Assembly (NCBI GenBank): GCA_963829315.1
Contig: CAWHIO010000027.1
Location: 2,976-66,975, forward strand
Source: an uncultured Alphaproteobacteria bacterium
GTDB lineage: Bacteria > Pseudomonadota > Alphaproteobacteria > Rhizobiales > Xanthobacteraceae
Reading direction: 5' to 3'
DNA: 64,000 nt
Shown: one piece after another, positions 52,566 through 64,000 of the stretch
Layout: every line of letters starts with the position of its first letter
Position numbering within the stretch: position 1 is the first letter of the stretch
Translations under genes and position numbers: made by a program
Notes under the pieces: model-generated
What the model was told of the DNA's origin: nothing
Databases searched by the model: none
Seen by the model: the letters and a program-made list of their open reading frames with translations, nothing else

Positions 52566-54464
52566 CTAAATTGTAACCTGAGTCCCGACTTCGACCACCC
52601 GCCCGGTGGGAATCTGGAAATAGTCAGTGGCATCGTTGGCCGACCGGCTCAGCGCGATAAACAAGTGATTTTGCCACTGCGGCATCCCGGACTGGGTAGA
52701 CGGCTTCAGCGCGCGCCGCGAGACAAAGAACGACGTCGACATGATATCGAACTGCCAGCCGAGCTTCCGTGCGATCACCAGCGCCTTGGGGACATTGGGA
52801 GATTCCATGAACCCGAAGCGCAGCCGGACGGCCGCAAACCTTTCGCTGATGGTTTCCATCCGGACTCGCTCGGCAGGGCCGACCCGCGGCGTCTGCGCGG
52901 TTTCGATCGTGAGGATTACATTGTGCTCGTGAAGCACCTTGTTGTGCTTGAGATTGTGCAACAGCGCAGTCGGCACGAAACTCGGGTCGCTGGTCAGAAA
53001 AATTGCGGTGCCCTTGACGATGTGAGGTGGACGCTTTTCGAGGCTCTTGATCAAATCCTTTAGCGGCACCTCGATGCGCCGGGTCTTTTGGATCAGAATC
53101 GCCGAGCCCCGGCGCCAGGTCCAGATCATGACCGCCATGGCCAGGCCGAACAGCAGCGGCACCCATGCCCCTTCGAGCAGTTTCAAGAGATTGGCGCTGA
53201 AGAATGTCATGTCTACGACGATGAACGGCACGATCATCGCCGCCGCGGTGGCCGCGCGCCAATTCCACAATTTCCAGATCACCACGAAACCCATGATGCC
53301 GTCGACGACCATGGTCGTGGAGACGGCGATGCCGTAGGCGGAGGCCAGATTGCTCGAGGTACGGAACAGCAGCACCAGCAGCAACACGCCGATCAGCAAA
53401 AGCCGGTTCACGCGCGGCAGATAGATCTGCCCAGCATGCGTTTCCGAGGTGTAGCGGACCTCGAAGCGCGGCAACAGGCCGAGCTGCACCGCCTGCCGCG
53501 TCAGTGAATAGGCTCCCGTGATCACCGCCTGGCTGGCGATCACGGTTGCCGCGGTCGCCAGAGCGACCAGCGGCAGCAGCAGGACTTCCGGAACCATCCG
53601 ATAGAAGGAGTTTTCAATCGCGGCCGGATCGGAAAGCACCAGCGCGCCCTGGCCGAAATAGTTGATCAGAAGCGATGGCAGCACGAAATAAAGCCATCCG
53701 GCCTGGATCGGCTTGCGTCCGAAATGACCCAAATCGGCATAGAGCGCCTCGCCGCCGGTCACGGCGAGAAATACCGCGCCCAGCGTCACCATGCCGACCG
53801 TCCCGTGCGACAGCAGGAATTGGAGCGCGTACCAGGGATTGATCGCGGCCAGCACCGATGGGTCGTCGCTGATATGAATGAGGCCCATCACCGCCAAGGC
53901 TGTAAACCAGACGATCATGACCGGCCCGAAGGCCGAGGCGACGCGGGCCGTGCCGCCGCTCTGAACCGAGAACAGCACGACCAGGATGAAAACCGTCAGC
54001 GGAACCACAAAGTGTTCGAGCGCCGGCGTTGCGAGTTTGAGGCCTTCCACCGCCGACAGCACGGAAATCGCCGGTGTGATCATGGAATCGCCGATGAACA
54101 TCGAAGCGCCGATCACTCCCAGCGCCAGCAAGGGCCAGCTTCTGCGGCCCAGCGCACGTTGACACAGCGCCATCAGCGACAGCGTGCCGCCCTCGCCGTT
54201 ATTGTCGGCGCGCAGCAGCAGCAGAACGTATTTTGCCGTGACAACGATGAGGAGGGCCCACAGGATCAGCGACAGAACCCCGAGCACGATGACCCGGGTG
54301 ATCGGCTGGCCCTGCGCTGCATCGGCGACCGCCTCGCGAAATGCATACAGCGGTGAGGTTCCAATATCGCCGAAGACAACGCCGACACTTCCCAGCGTCA
54401 GGGCCCAGAAGCCGGCCGTGACCGGCGCGTCAGGGGCCTCGGTTGATGTAACGCTGGCGGCCAT
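52566..54464 (-). CDS. kup: K+ uptake transporter Kup (tandem paralog)
   Basis: [26 protein letters not shown]. Confidence 0.95.
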   Translation of the reverse strand: MAASVTSTEAPDAPVTAGFWALTLGSVGVVFGDIGTSPLYAFREAVADAAQGQPITRVIVLGVLSLILWALLIVVTAKYVLLLLRADNNGEGGTLSLMALCQRALGRRSWPLLALGVIGASMFIGDSMITPAISVLSAVEGLKLATPALEHFVVPLTVFILVVLFSVQSGGTARVASAFGPVMIVWFTALAVMGLIHISDDPSVLAAINPWYALQFLLSHGTVGMVTLGAVFLAVTGGEALYADLGHFGRKPIQAGWLYFVLPSLLINYFGQGALVLSDPAAIENSFYRMVPEVLLLPLVALATAATVIASQAVITGAYSLTRQAVQLGLLPRFEVRYTSETHAGQIYLPRVNRLLLIGVLLLVLLFRTSSNLASAYGIAVSTTMVVDGIMGFVVIWKLWNWRAATAAAMIVPFIVVDMTFFSANLLKLLEGAWVPLLFGLAMAVMIWTWRRGSAILIQKTRRIEVPLKDLIKSLEKRPPHIVKGTAIFLTSDPSFVPTALLHNLKHNKVLHEHNVILTIETAQTPRVGPAERVRMETISERFAAVRLRFGFMESPNVPKALVIARKLGWQFDIMSTSFFVSRRALKPSTQSGMPQWQNHLFIALSRSANDATDYFQIPTGRVVEVGTQVTI

Positions 54465-54622
54465 GGTGATGGAAAAAGCTCTGTCGGTTGATTTGATCGG
54501 GACGGCTATCGACGCTTTCCTGGAAAGCCTGTCAACGACCCGACCATAGCAGCGGCGCTAAGCGTCGCGCGTCTCCAAAACGCAGCACGCGTGGAAAACA
54601 GGTGAGGTAATATAGTGTGGAA

Positions 54623-55453
54623 CTACGGCTTCAGATCGGGCGGCAACGGCGGATCTTCGCGCATCAGCGTAATGGTGACGCGGCGGTTCGCCGACAGCGA
54701 GGGATCGTCGGGAAACAGCGGCTGGGTGTCCGCCTTGCCGGAGACGGCAAAGACGTGCGCCGGCGGCAATCCCTCCCGCTCGAGAATCTGACGGACCGCA
54801 TTCGCCCGATCCGCCGAGAGATCGAACGCCCCGTAATCGCTTTGGGCGGGCACGAAGCCCGCGGCGGTGTGGCCGACGATCGATACTCGCAGCGGCGTCG
54901 CCTTGAGGGGAGCCGCGAGTTTCTGGATCAGCCGGCGTGTCCGCTCGTAAGGCACCTTCGAACCATCGGCGAACATCGAGCGGCCATCCTGGTCGACGAT
55001 TTCCAGATTGAGGCCCTGGCTGGTCTCTTCGAACATGATGTGTTTGGAAATTTCAGTGATCTCGGGCATGTCCAGCAACGCCTGCCGCAGCGAGGCCGAG
55101 GCCAGCGCGAATTCGCGATCGATTTTCAGCCGGGCGCCGGCGGTGCGGCTTCGATCCTGGTCATTCGGGGTCGGCGTATTGGAGGATTCCTCCGGCGGGA
55201 TGTGGTCGACGTTCTTCAGCGACGGCCGGGTCGGCAGACCATCGGATTCGACGATACCCGAGTAACGCGAATCGGTCTGCACGCCAAAGGCATCGCGCAT
55301 CGAACCGGCAACGACCTTGAGCTTGGCGTTGTCCATGGTGGAGAACGCGACGAGCATCACGAAGAAGCTCATCATCAGACCCATGAGATCGGCGAATGAC
55401 ACGTACCAGCCGTGCCCTCCGCCATGCGCACCGCCACGTTTTTTCTTGGCCAT
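54623..55453 (-). CDS. motB: Flagellar stator MotB
   Basis: WYVSFADLMGLMMSFFV, OmpA-like domain, NRRV. Confidence 0.9.
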   Translation of the reverse strand: MAKKKRGGAHGGGHGWYVSFADLMGLMMSFFVMLVAFSTMDNAKLKVVAGSMRDAFGVQTDSRYSGIVESDGLPTRPSLKNVDHIPPEESSNTPTPNDQDRSRTAGARLKIDREFALASASLRQALLDMPEITEISKHIMFEETSQGLNLEIVDQDGRSMFADGSKVPYERTRRLIQKLAAPLKATPLRVSIVGHTAAGFVPAQSDYGAFDLSADRANAVRQILEREGLPPAHVFAVSGKADTQPLFPDDPSLSANRRVTITLMREDPPLPPDLKP

Positions 55454-55484
55454 GGTTGATTTTTCCGGACCGAGCTCCGCCGCG

Positions 55485-56258
55485 TTACGCCGGGACCGGC
55501 TCGCCCTCTTCGTGGCGGTGTTTTTCCGGCAAGTAGGCCAGCAGCATTTCGCGCACCAGCGTCGGGCTCTTGGAATCCCGGATCATCAGGATGCCGTCAA
55601 TGATCAGCGTGCGATTGGTCTCCTCGTCGAGCAGCTTGCCGTGCAGCTTGTCTGCGATCGGCAGGCAGAACAGGTTGGCGACCACCGCACCGTAAAGCGT
55701 CGCCAGCAGCGCGGTGGCCATGAACGGACCGAGCTTCGAAGGATCCGTCATGTTGGCGAACATCTGCACCATGCCGATCAGCGTGCCGACCATGCCGAAT
55801 GCCGGCGTGCAGTCGCCGATGGCGCGGTAGATTTTCCCGCCTTCGTCGAGATGCATCAGAAAGTTGTCGCGGTCCCGTTCGAGATTGTCGCGGATGAATT
55901 CGAGATCGTAGCCGTCGGCGACGTAGCGAATTCCCTTGGCCAGAAACGGCTCGTCGGTCTCGACTTTTTCGAGCCCGACCGGCCCCTGCTTGCGGGCGAT
56001 TTCGGCGATGCGGGCGAGTTCGTCGACCAGATCGCGCGCCGACAGCCGGCTCATCGTGAATGCGAATTTCGCTCCGAGCGGAATGCCGTGGAGGATAGCG
56101 CTGAGCGGAAACCTGATCATGGTGGCGGCGATCGAACCGCCGATGACGATGATGACAGCATGCTCGCTGATAAACATGTGAATATCGCCGCCCATGAGCA
56201 TTATCGCCGCAAGGATGATGGTGCCGAACACCAGCCCAACGCTCGTCATAATATCCAT
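55485..56258 (-). CDS. motA: Flagellar stator MotA
   Basis: PAFGMVGTLIGMV, ALLATLYG. Confidence 0.9.
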   Translation of the reverse strand: MDIMTSVGLVFGTIILAAIMLMGGDIHMFISEHAVIIVIGGSIAATMIRFPLSAILHGIPLGAKFAFTMSRLSARDLVDELARIAEIARKQGPVGLEKVETDEPFLAKGIRYVADGYDLEFIRDNLERDRDNFLMHLDEGGKIYRAIGDCTPAFGMVGTLIGMVQMFANMTDPSKLGPFMATALLATLYGAVVANLFCLPIADKLHGKLLDEETNRTLIIDGILMIRDSKSPTLVREMLLAYLPEKHRHEEGEPVPA

Positions 56259-56531
56259 GGGGGAACTCCACGCGTACGCGAACCACCGGCCGTCCTGGAC
56301 GGTGACGCGGCCCATCCAGGGCCACGCAGCAGAAACCCTACGTCCCCGCCATTAAAGACGCGTAAAGGTTAAACCGCTTTGGCGCGGCGACCGCGGGGAA
56401 CGAAAGGGCGACTTTGTCGTAAGCTGCAACCGAACCCGCAAATCCAGCCCAATGGACGTGGTGCCCTGACACGGCAGCAACATTCTGCTAACCATAGCGT
56501 CGATCCCTGTCCCGTCGGCCTCCTGCATTTC

Positions 56532-56960
56532 ATGGCACCCCGCATCGCCACCGTTCCGATCGTTGTCTGCGCCGCGTCGCTTGCGGCCTGCAGCGGCAGC
56601 GACCGTTTTGCCCTCAACGGCGGCTCTCCCAGCGGCTCGTCTGGCGGCGGCGCGCCTGCCAGTGGCCCTTCGGCCGCGGCGCCCCCGGTGAGCCTGGCCG
56701 GCCGATGGACGCTTTCGTCGGCCGGTACCTCTTCGTGCGCGATGACGTTCGGCGGCAATCCGGACGCGACCGAGGGCACCATCGCGCCGGGAGGAGGTTG
56801 CCCGTTCAGTTTCTTCACCAGCCGGAAGTGGACCTATACCGAGGCCGGCCTGACGATACGCGACCACAACGCTCAAGCCCTGGCGCAACTGACGCCGGCA
56901 GGGTCCAACCGCTTCGAAGGCAAGACCGGTTCCGGCCAGGATGTGGCGCTGTCTCGCTAA
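56532..56960 (+). CDS. Lipoprotein, AprI/Inh protease-inhibitor-like
   Basis: Lipobox SLAAC; LAGRWTL..C...C...W beta-barrel pattern. Confidence 0.65.
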   Translation: MAPRIATVPIVVCAASLAACSGSDRFALNGGSPSGSSGGGAPASGPSAAAPPVSLAGRWTLSSAGTSSCAMTFGGNPDATEGTIAPGGGCPFSFFTSRKWTYTEAGLTIRDHNAQALAQLTPAGSNRFEGKTGSGQDVALSR

Positions 56961-57048
56961 AGCGTTTTCAAGTGAAGTCTACAGCATGATCCGGAAAGGC
57001 GGCGACCGGATTTGCAAAAAAATCGGACTCGCAAAAACAGTCGTCGGA

Positions 57049-57876
57049 TCAGGCGCCCGACAAGCCCGTGAGTTCGAGACTGATCGCGCGCAGCCGCCGG
57101 CGGGCGAGTTCGTCATAAGCCTGCGGATTGGCCTGCGCTTGCCGCATGCCGTTGAAGAACAGCCCGCTCTTGCCCGCCACGTCGTCGCCGGCGGCGAGAT
57201 GCAAAATCGCGTCGCCGCCCTGCTCGACCGTGGAGATCGGCGTGATGCCGCCTTCCCGCACCATCGTGGTGTTCATATAGGTGGCGGGATGCAGCGCATT
57301 CACCGTCACGCCCGAGCCTGCGAGTTCCTGCGCGAGATCGATGGTGAACATGATCTGCGCCAGCTTGCTCTGGGCGTAGGCGCGGGTCCCTGAATAACCT
57401 CTGGTCAGCATCACATCGTCGAAGTCGATCGGATGCTGGCCGAGCGACGCCACATTGACGATGCGCGATGGCGCAGACGCCTTCAGCAGCGGAAGCAACA
57501 GGCGGGCGAGCAGAAATCCGGAGAGATAGTTTACGGCAAAGCGCAATTCATGGCCGTCCGCGCTGATCTGGCGCTCGGACCCGAGCGTCCGCGACCCTAT
57601 TCCGGCGTTGCTGATGAACAGGTCGAGCCGGCCGTGGTCGGCAATCACCGCCTCCGCGAGCTGTCGCGCAGCCGAGAGCTGTGACAAATCGGCCTGATAG
57701 AACAAGGCGTCGCCGCGCCCTTCGCGCTTGATCTGATCGACGAGCGTCCTGGCCCGTTCAGGATCGCGGCCGTGGATCAGGACTGTTGCGCCGGCCGAAG
57801 CCAGCTTGGCGGCGACATAGCGGCCGACGCCATCGGTCGATCCCGTGACCAATACCGTCTTGCCGCCCATTTCCAT
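57049..57876 (-). CDS. Short-chain dehydrogenase/reductase
   Basis: TGSTDGVG, SNAG, YAQSK. Confidence 0.92.
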   Translation of the reverse strand: MEMGGKTVLVTGSTDGVGRYVAAKLASAGATVLIHGRDPERARTLVDQIKREGRGDALFYQADLSQLSAARQLAEAVIADHGRLDLFISNAGIGSRTLGSERQISADGHELRFAVNYLSGFLLARLLLPLLKASAPSRIVNVASLGQHPIDFDDVMLTRGYSGTRAYAQSKLAQIMFTIDLAQELAGSGVTVNALHPATYMNTTMVREGGITPISTVEQGGDAILHLAAGDDVAGKSGLFFNGMRQAQANPQAYDELARRRLRAISLELTGLSGA

Positions 57877-57889
57877 GTCGAACCCGCCG

Positions 57890-58609
57890 TCAGTGGATTT
57901 CGGCCGACCGCTTCAGCGCTTCTTTCAGTCTGTCGAGGCTGAAGTCCTTGGCTCGCGCGATTTCCAGGATCGGCGTCTCGCGGCGGCCACAGAGTTCGGC
58001 GGCATCCGGAATTTTCGCGGCGATGTCGATCGGTATCACGATCGCCCCGTGCTGATCGGCATGAATAAGATCGTCGGAGCGCACCGTCATTCCGGCGACG
58101 CGTACCTCGCCGCCAAAGCTTTCCGCGTGAACCCAGGCATGTGACGGGCCGATGGATCCGGCAAGCGCCTGGAAGCCCGGCGCCCATTGCGGGATGTCGC
58201 GAATCGATCCGTCGGTGATGACCCCGAGGCAGCCCAGCGCCTTGTGCACGTTGCTCTGCACCTCGCCCCAGAACGCGCCGTAACCGAGGTCGGCGCCATC
58301 GATATCCTGGATCACGGTGATGCGCGGCCCAAAGCCGGTCCCCATATATTCATAATAGGCGATGCGGCGCCTGGCCTGCTCGTCCGCAGGAAGCGAGGAC
58401 TTGATCACCGAGCGGATGGTGACGGTGCGCGCATAGCCGACCATCGGCGGCAGCCCTGGAAACGGGCATACCAGCGGCTTGGTGGTGTAGCCGATCAGCC
58501 GGCGCTCAGGTGCCACCACTTCCATCGCATTGCAGATCGTCGGGGTGTCATAACGCGCCAACGCCTCAAGCAGTGCGGCGGGCAGCGGCGCGGAAGTGGG
58601 ATTTGTCAC
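57890..58609 (-). CDS. RraA/HMG-aldolase-family protein
   Basis: DTPTICNA, WGEV, TDGSIRD, DLIHADQHG. Confidence 0.87.
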   Translation of the reverse strand: MTNPTSAPLPAALLEALARYDTPTICNAMEVVAPERRLIGYTTKPLVCPFPGLPPMVGYARTVTIRSVIKSSLPADEQARRRIAYYEYMGTGFGPRITVIQDIDGADLGYGAFWGEVQSNVHKALGCLGVITDGSIRDIPQWAPGFQALAGSIGPSHAWVHAESFGGEVRVAGMTVRSDDLIHADQHGAIVIPIDIAAKIPDAAELCGRRETPILEIARAKDFSLDRLKEALKRSAEIH

Positions 58610-58744
58610 GGGCGTTCTCTCCAGAATTCAGGGGCGGACCCTTGTCGTCAGCCATATAGCTGACCGGCGCGCGATCGGCAAAATCCATCCCCACGGCGAA
58701 GCGACTTGGCTTGTCCCGCCATCGCGTTCCAAATCACTGGCTAT

Positions 58745-59629
58745 TCAGTTCAGGCGTGCCGGCCGATCATCCCGCTCCGCGTCGGCAGCGCTCGACACGA
58801 ACGGCCGCGCCGGATCTGACGGCGTAACAGACGCCGGCGTTACGGCCTGTGCTGCGGCTTTACGCTCGTGGTCGCGATAGGATTTCCATCCGACGGGCAG
58901 ACTGAGCAGATACAACACGGTGCACACGGAAAGAATGTACCAGGGATAGCCGATCAAAAGCGCGATGAAGAACACCACCGAGACAAAGACTGGCAGCACC
59001 ATTTCCGGCGGCACCCGCATGCGAACCGTCTTGCCCGAAAACACCGGCAGCCGCGAAACCATCAGGAACCCGATCAGCAGCGTATAGGCGGCGGTCAGCA
59101 CGGCCGGCGGTGTCGGCACGCCCAGGAAGGCGAGATAGATCGGAAGCAGCACCGTGATCGCGCCGAGCGGGGCCGGAACGCCGGTGAAATAATTCGCCGC
59201 AAAGGCAGGCTTGTTGGGATCGTCCATGGTCGCGTTGAAGCGCGCCAGCCGCAGCCCGCCGCTGATCGCGAAAACCATCGCGGCGATCCAGCCGCCATTG
59301 TTCAGTTCGTGCAATTGCCAGAAATACAGGATCAGACCGGGCGCGACGCCGAAATTGACGAAATCGGCGAGGCTGTCGAGTTCGGCCCCGAATTTCGACT
59401 GGCCCTTGATCATACGGGCGACCCGGCCGTCAATGCCGTCGAGCACGGCCGCGAATACGATCGCCCCCACCGCCAATTCCATCCGTCCTTCCGTGGACAG
59501 GCGAATAGCGGTCAGGCCGGCGCAGATCGCCAGCAAGGTGATGAAATTGGGCACCAGCATCCGCACCGGAATCGGGCGAAACCGGCGGCGGCGCATATCC
59601 GGGTTGTTGGGATCGATCAGCATCGGCAT
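58745..59629 (-). CDS. pssA: CDP-diacylglycerol--serine O-phosphatidyltransferase
   Basis: PNFIT, LDGIDGRVAR...GAELDSLAD, RLARFN. Confidence 0.92.
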   Translation of the reverse strand: MPMLIDPNNPDMRRRRFRPIPVRMLVPNFITLLAICAGLTAIRLSTEGRMELAVGAIVFAAVLDGIDGRVARMIKGQSKFGAELDSLADFVNFGVAPGLILYFWQLHELNNGGWIAAMVFAISGGLRLARFNATMDDPNKPAFAANYFTGVPAPLGAITVLLPIYLAFLGVPTPPAVLTAAYTLLIGFLMVSRLPVFSGKTVRMRVPPEMVLPVFVSVVFFIALLIGYPWYILSVCTVLYLLSLPVGWKSYRDHERKAAAQAVTPASVTPSDPARPFVSSAADAERDDRPARLN

Positions 59630-59705
59630 GGCCGCCCTTATATAGCAAGTGCGGGCCTGTTCCGCCATTGCGACGGTCGCCCGGTCGGCTCGACGGTCCC
59701 GATGG

Positions 59706-60404
59706 TTAATCGGCGCGGTAGGTTCGCGCCTGATCGCTGATCTTGAAATCGGCCAGAATGGTCTCACCGGCCACCGCGGTCTGACCTTCCGACACCAGCG
59801 ATCGGGTGCCTTCGGGCAGGTAGACGTCGAGACGCGACCCGAACCGGATCAATCCGAACCGCTCGCCGGCGCCGATCGACTGGCCTTCCCGAACGAACGA
59901 TACGATTCGCCGCGCCACCAGGCCCGCGATCTGGATCACGCCGATACGCCCGTTTGGCGTCGAGATCACCAGCGAATTGCGCTCATTGTCCTCGCTGGCC
60001 TTGTCGAGCTCGGCGTTGATGAAGGTGCCCGGCCGATAGGCGATGCGATCGATCCGCCCTGCGACCGGACTGCGGTTCACGTGGCAGTTGAACACGCTCA
60101 TGAAGATCGAGATGCGCGGCAACGGCCTGTCGCCGAGACCAAGTTCAGCCGGCGGCAATACCTGCGTCACCATCGAGATGCGGCCGTCGGCGGGCGCCAC
60201 CACGATGCCCTCCCGCACCGGTGTCACCCGCACCGGATCGCGGAAGAACAGCGCACACCAGATCGTCAGCCCGGTCCCGATCCAGCCCAGCGGCGTCCAG
60301 ATCCAGAACAGGATCAGACTGACGAGCGCAAAGCCGCCGATGAATGGGTAGCCCTCGGGATGAATGGGCGGAATCTGCGCGCGGATGGAATTGGCGATCG
60401 ACAT
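59706..60404 (-). CDS. psd: Phosphatidylserine decarboxylase
   Basis: FFRDP, APADG, HVNRSP, RFGS autocleavage site. Confidence 0.94.
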   Translation of the reverse strand: MSIANSIRAQIPPIHPEGYPFIGGFALVSLILFWIWTPLGWIGTGLTIWCALFFRDPVRVTPVREGIVVAPADGRISMVTQVLPPAELGLGDRPLPRISIFMSVFNCHVNRSPVAGRIDRIAYRPGTFINAELDKASEDNERNSLVISTPNGRIGVIQIAGLVARRIVSFVREGQSIGAGERFGLIRFGSRLDVYLPEGTRSLVSEGQTAVAGETILADFKISDQARTYRAD

Positions 60405-60455
60405 CGAGACTCACTGTCATCTTTCCTCCCCTTGTGGGGAGGAATTGCATTTAGG

Positions 60456-62412
60456 TCATTCTGCCGCGGCCGGCGTCACCAGCTTGTCTTCGACCGGCGG
60501 CGGCTCGCGATTCGGCGCTTCGTTCTCGTCGGCGATCCGCGCCAGCTTCTCCCGCGCCTCCTGGGCCTCGCGCTGCCGGTTCCACATACTGGCATAAAGT
60601 CCGCCGGTTGCCAAAAGCTGGCCGTGGGTTCCGCGCTCGGCGATGCGGCCCTGATCGAGCACGATGATTTCGTCGGCGCCCACGATCGTGGACAGCCGGT
60701 GCGCGATCACCAGCGAGGTTCGATTGCGCGACACCCGCTCCAGCGCGTCCTGAATTTCCTGCTCGGTGTGGCTGTCGAGGGCCGATGTCGCCTCGTCGAG
60801 CACCAGGATCGGCGGCGCCTTGAGGACGGTCCGCGCGATCGCGACGCGCTGTTTCTCGCCGCCCGATAATTTCAGGCCGCGCTCTCCAACCTGGGTCTCG
60901 TAACCCTTCGGCGCGATCCGGATGAAGCCGTCGATCTGCGCGAGCTGCGCGGCTTCCTCCACCTCGGCGTCGCTGGCGTCCCAACGGCCGTAGCGAATGT
61001 TGTAACGGATGGTGTCGTTGAACAGGACCGTGTCCTGCGGCACCATGCCGATCGAGGCCCGCAGCGAGGTCTGGGTGACGTTGCGGATATCCTGGCCGTC
61101 GATCAGGATCCTGCCGCTCGAGACATCGTAGAGACGAAACAGCAGCCGCGAGATGGTCGACTTGCCGGCGCCGGACGGCCCGACAATCGCGACGGTCTTG
61201 CCGGCAGGCACCTCGAAGCTGAGGCCCTTGAGGATCGGGCGTTCAGGATCGTAGGCGAATTGCACGTTGTCGAAGCGCACATTGCCCGACGTCACGACCA
61301 GCGGCATGGCGCCCGGGATGTCCTTGATCTCCGGATTGCGCGACAGCACGTTGAACATCTTCTCGATGTCGATGACCGCCTGCTTGATCTCGCGATAGAC
61401 CATGCCCATGAAATTCAGCGGCTGGTAGAGCTGGATCATCATGGCGTTGACCATGACGAAATCGCCGACCGTATTGTGCCCGTTGCGGACCCCGATCGCG
61501 CACATCAGCATGGTCGCGGTGAGGCCGGCGGTGAAGATGATCGCCTGGCCGGTGTTGAGCACGGCGAGCGAAGTATAGGTCTTGACGCTGGCCTGTTCGT
61601 AACGCGCCATCGAGCCGTCGTAGCGGCTCGCTTCGCGCTCCTCGGCGCTGAAATATTTCACCGTCTCGTAGTTCAAGAGCGAGTTCGATCGCCTTGGTGT
61701 TCGCTTCGGTGTCGGAATCGTTCATCTTGCGGCGGATCTCGATCCGCCACTCGGTCGCGATGTAGGTGTAGTACATATAGATCACGACCGTGATCATGGT
61801 GACGAGGACGTAGCGCCAGTCGAACTTCCACAGCAGCACCGCCATCAGCAGCGATACCTCGACGATGGTCGGCACCAGTTGCAGGATCACCATCCGCACG
61901 ATGACCTCGATGCCGGTGCGGCCGCGCTCCAGGACGCGCGTCAGCCCGCCGGTCTTGCGCTCGAGATGGAAGCGCAGCGACAGTTCGTGCATGTGGACGA
62001 AGGTGAGATGGGCCAGCTTGCGCACCGCGTGCATCGCCACGCGTGCGAAAATTCCGTCGCGCCATTGCGTCAGGACCGCCATCAGCACGCGCAGGCCGCC
62101 GTAGCTCAAGGTCATGATCAGCGGCGAGGCGATCAGCCACAGCGTCCAGTTTGACGACTGCACCGGCGCGGTGTCGGCGCCGGTCAGGGCATCGATCGCC
62201 CATTTGAAGGTGAACGGCACCGACAGGGTGGCCAGTTTCGCGACCAGCAGCAGCACCACCGACCACACCACGCGCATCTTCAGATCGACGCGGTCGCCGG
62301 GCCAGATATAGGGCCACAGATGCCTGAGCGTCCCGGTCAGGGTCGCCTGTCCGAAGGATTTGTCGGAAGCAGGCGCTTCGCCGGCGCCCCGGGCCGAATC
62401 AGTATGAGCCAT
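60456..62412 (-). CDS. ATM1/ABCB7-type ABC exporter (frameshift ~61684)
   Basis: FHLERKTG, (shift) LLNYETVKYF, GPSGAGKS, VGERGLKLSGGEKQR. Confidence 0.9.
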
Positions 62413-62615
62413 CGAGCTGGCCCCGGCGCACGGCACGCCGGTTCGGCGCGCGCTTTTTTACGTTTTTTCGCATTCCGCAGTCATATAGAGCGTTTACCCG
62501 CCGCGTACACCCTCGCGAGGGCCAAATTCTTGCGCAATTCGCGGGGATATGCGGATAGATTCCCTTCGTCAGGCCGATCCATTTGGGCTTGACGACTTTT
62601 ACGCTGCAGTGCCAC

Positions 62616-63230
62616 ATGACAGATATGAACAGGATCAAGACAGTCTGTGTCTATTGCGGCTCCGGCCCCGGCACCAACCCGCGCTTCGTCGAATCCGCCA
62701 TCGCACTGGGCAAGGCGCTGGCCGAAAGCGGCATCCGCCTCGTCTATGGTGGCGGCTCGATCGGATTGATGGGCGCGGTGGCCACCTCCGTGCTCGATCA
62801 TGGCGGCACGGTGACGGGAATCATACCCGGCTTTCTGACCGCCCGCGAGAACGCCCTCAAGCGCGTTCAGGAACTGATCGTCACGCCCGACATGCACGAG
62901 CGCAAGCGGCTGATGTTCGAACATTCCGACGCGTTCGTGGCGCTGCCCGGCGGCATCGGCACGCTCGAGGAACTGGTGGAGCAGCTGACCTGGCAGCAGC
63001 TCGGCCGCCACTCCAAACCTGTATTGCTCGCCAACATCGAGGGTTTTTGGGAGCCGCTGCTGGCGCTGCTGGCGCATATGCGCGAAACTCAATTCATTCG
63101 CGCAAGTCTGGCCGTCGATATTCTGAAGGCCGAACGGGTCGAGGATATCGTGCCGCGGCTGCAGGCCGCTGCCGCTCGCGCCAAGGAAGGCAGCGCGGAA
63201 ATGGAGCCCGAAATCGCCCGCCGGCTGTAA
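62616..63230 (+). CDS. LOG-family (TIGR00730) protein
   Basis: CVYCGS, LVYGGG, MHERK, PGGIGTLEE. Confidence 0.92.
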   Translation: MTDMNRIKTVCVYCGSGPGTNPRFVESAIALGKALAESGIRLVYGGGSIGLMGAVATSVLDHGGTVTGIIPGFLTARENALKRVQELIVTPDMHERKRLMFEHSDAFVALPGGIGTLEELVEQLTWQQLGRHSKPVLLANIEGFWEPLLALLAHMRETQFIRASLAVDILKAERVEDIVPRLQAAAARAKEGSAEMEPEIARRL

Positions 63231-63286
63231 GCCAGCCAGCTGGCGTTACGCGTCATCCCTCCAAGTCATTCAAGTCATTCTTCAAG

Positions 63287-63664
63287 TCATTCCTTGGGAA
63301 ACGTTACCGCCTCGATGCGATTGCCGTCGGGATCCCTGATGAACGCCGCATAATACCGGACGCGATCATGCGGCCGCAGCCCCGGCGCGCCGTCATCGCG
63401 GCCTCCGGCATTCAGCGCCGCGGCATGGAAGGCGTCGACCTCGCCGGCCGATTTCGCGCGCAGGCAGATGTGGCTGCCGCTCTCCGGCGCGATCGGCGAC
63501 ATCCCGGCACGCAGGTTGATCCAGAACTCGGGATAGCTTTTGCCGAAGCCGACCGTGGCCGGCCGGCTCACCAGTCGCGAAAGCCCGAGCGGCGCCAGCA
63601 TCGCTTCGTAAAAGCGCGCGGACCTCTCGAGATCGCTGACGCCGACCGAGATATGGTCGATCAT
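63287..63664 (-). CDS. VOC/glyoxalase-family protein
   Basis: MIDHISVGV, YYAAFIRDPDGNRIEAV. Confidence 0.92.
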   Translation of the reverse strand: MIDHISVGVSDLERSARFYEAMLAPLGLSRLVSRPATVGFGKSYPEFWINLRAGMSPIAPESGSHICLRAKSAGEVDAFHAAALNAGGRDDGAPGLRPHDRVRYYAAFIRDPDGNRIEAVTFPKE

Positions 63665-64000
63665 GGGCCGCTCACGTCAGGGCCCGGACTGATAGGCACA
63701 TTGGCTTTTTCGACCCACCTACTCGGCTTTCGGGTCTACCTTGGGGCAATTTCACCGATTTCACTCCCTTAATCCGACGGAATCCGTTCGAACCTTTGGC
63801 GGTCTCGCGGGTTGGTCCTTGCCGCCAGCCCTTCGGCCTCTTTGATCGGTTCCCTCGGATTGATTGCCATCTTCGGAAACTGCTGGGCGGCAGATGCTCA
63901 GCTCTTCGGTTTATTGACCGATCCGATCGAAGACCCACGTTAACGTTCATGGAAGTAGAAAGTAAATATGGAAGCGCGGGCGCAAGATGGCCTAGCAAAG

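Noticed and set aside
63262-63292. Three CAAGTCATTC copies at the VOC gene stop
   Set aside because: A short local duplication with no evidence of function.
63672-63998. 108-aa ORF at the right edge
   Set aside because: No recognisable motif and atypical composition; cannot be judged at the window edge.

Overview
High-GC alphaproteobacterial DNA whose gene content and repeats look Bradyrhizobium-like (inference). It contains many single-base frameshifts that look like long-read consensus errors. Bases ~1-460 encode a myxobacterial-type PilZ fragment and are probably a chimeric join. Bases ~465-10265 are an integrated phage-satellite-like element that ends in the 3' half of tRNA-Gln(CTG). It carries a tyrosine integrase, two Xis/HTH genes, a Prim-Pol/AAA primase-helicase with iteron-like repeats, a TerS-like gene, small repeat-motif proteins, scaffold-like proteins and a Csp gene missing from the ORF track; no capsid, portal or TerL gene is visible. 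Just outside the att site is the best candidate for a new system: a 795-aa protein with no signal peptide that fuses a Nal1/trypsin-like protease to an S1/P1-nuclease/Zn-PLC domain. The Zn-binding 'Trp1' of that domain is internal, which suggests a self-activating zymogen. Two ~575-bp structured repeats flank a 14.5-kb accessory block (efflux pump, HU, AraC-amidase fusion, ABC importer). The rest comprises a cobalamin riboswitch before a class Ic (Mn/Fe-type) nrdAB, a HerA-like ATPase, KirBac, the acpXL-lpxXL lipid A cluster, potF, tandem kup, motAB, pssA/psd, an ATM1-type ABC exporter, LOG and VOC genes. All calls come from reading motifs; no database searches were run.
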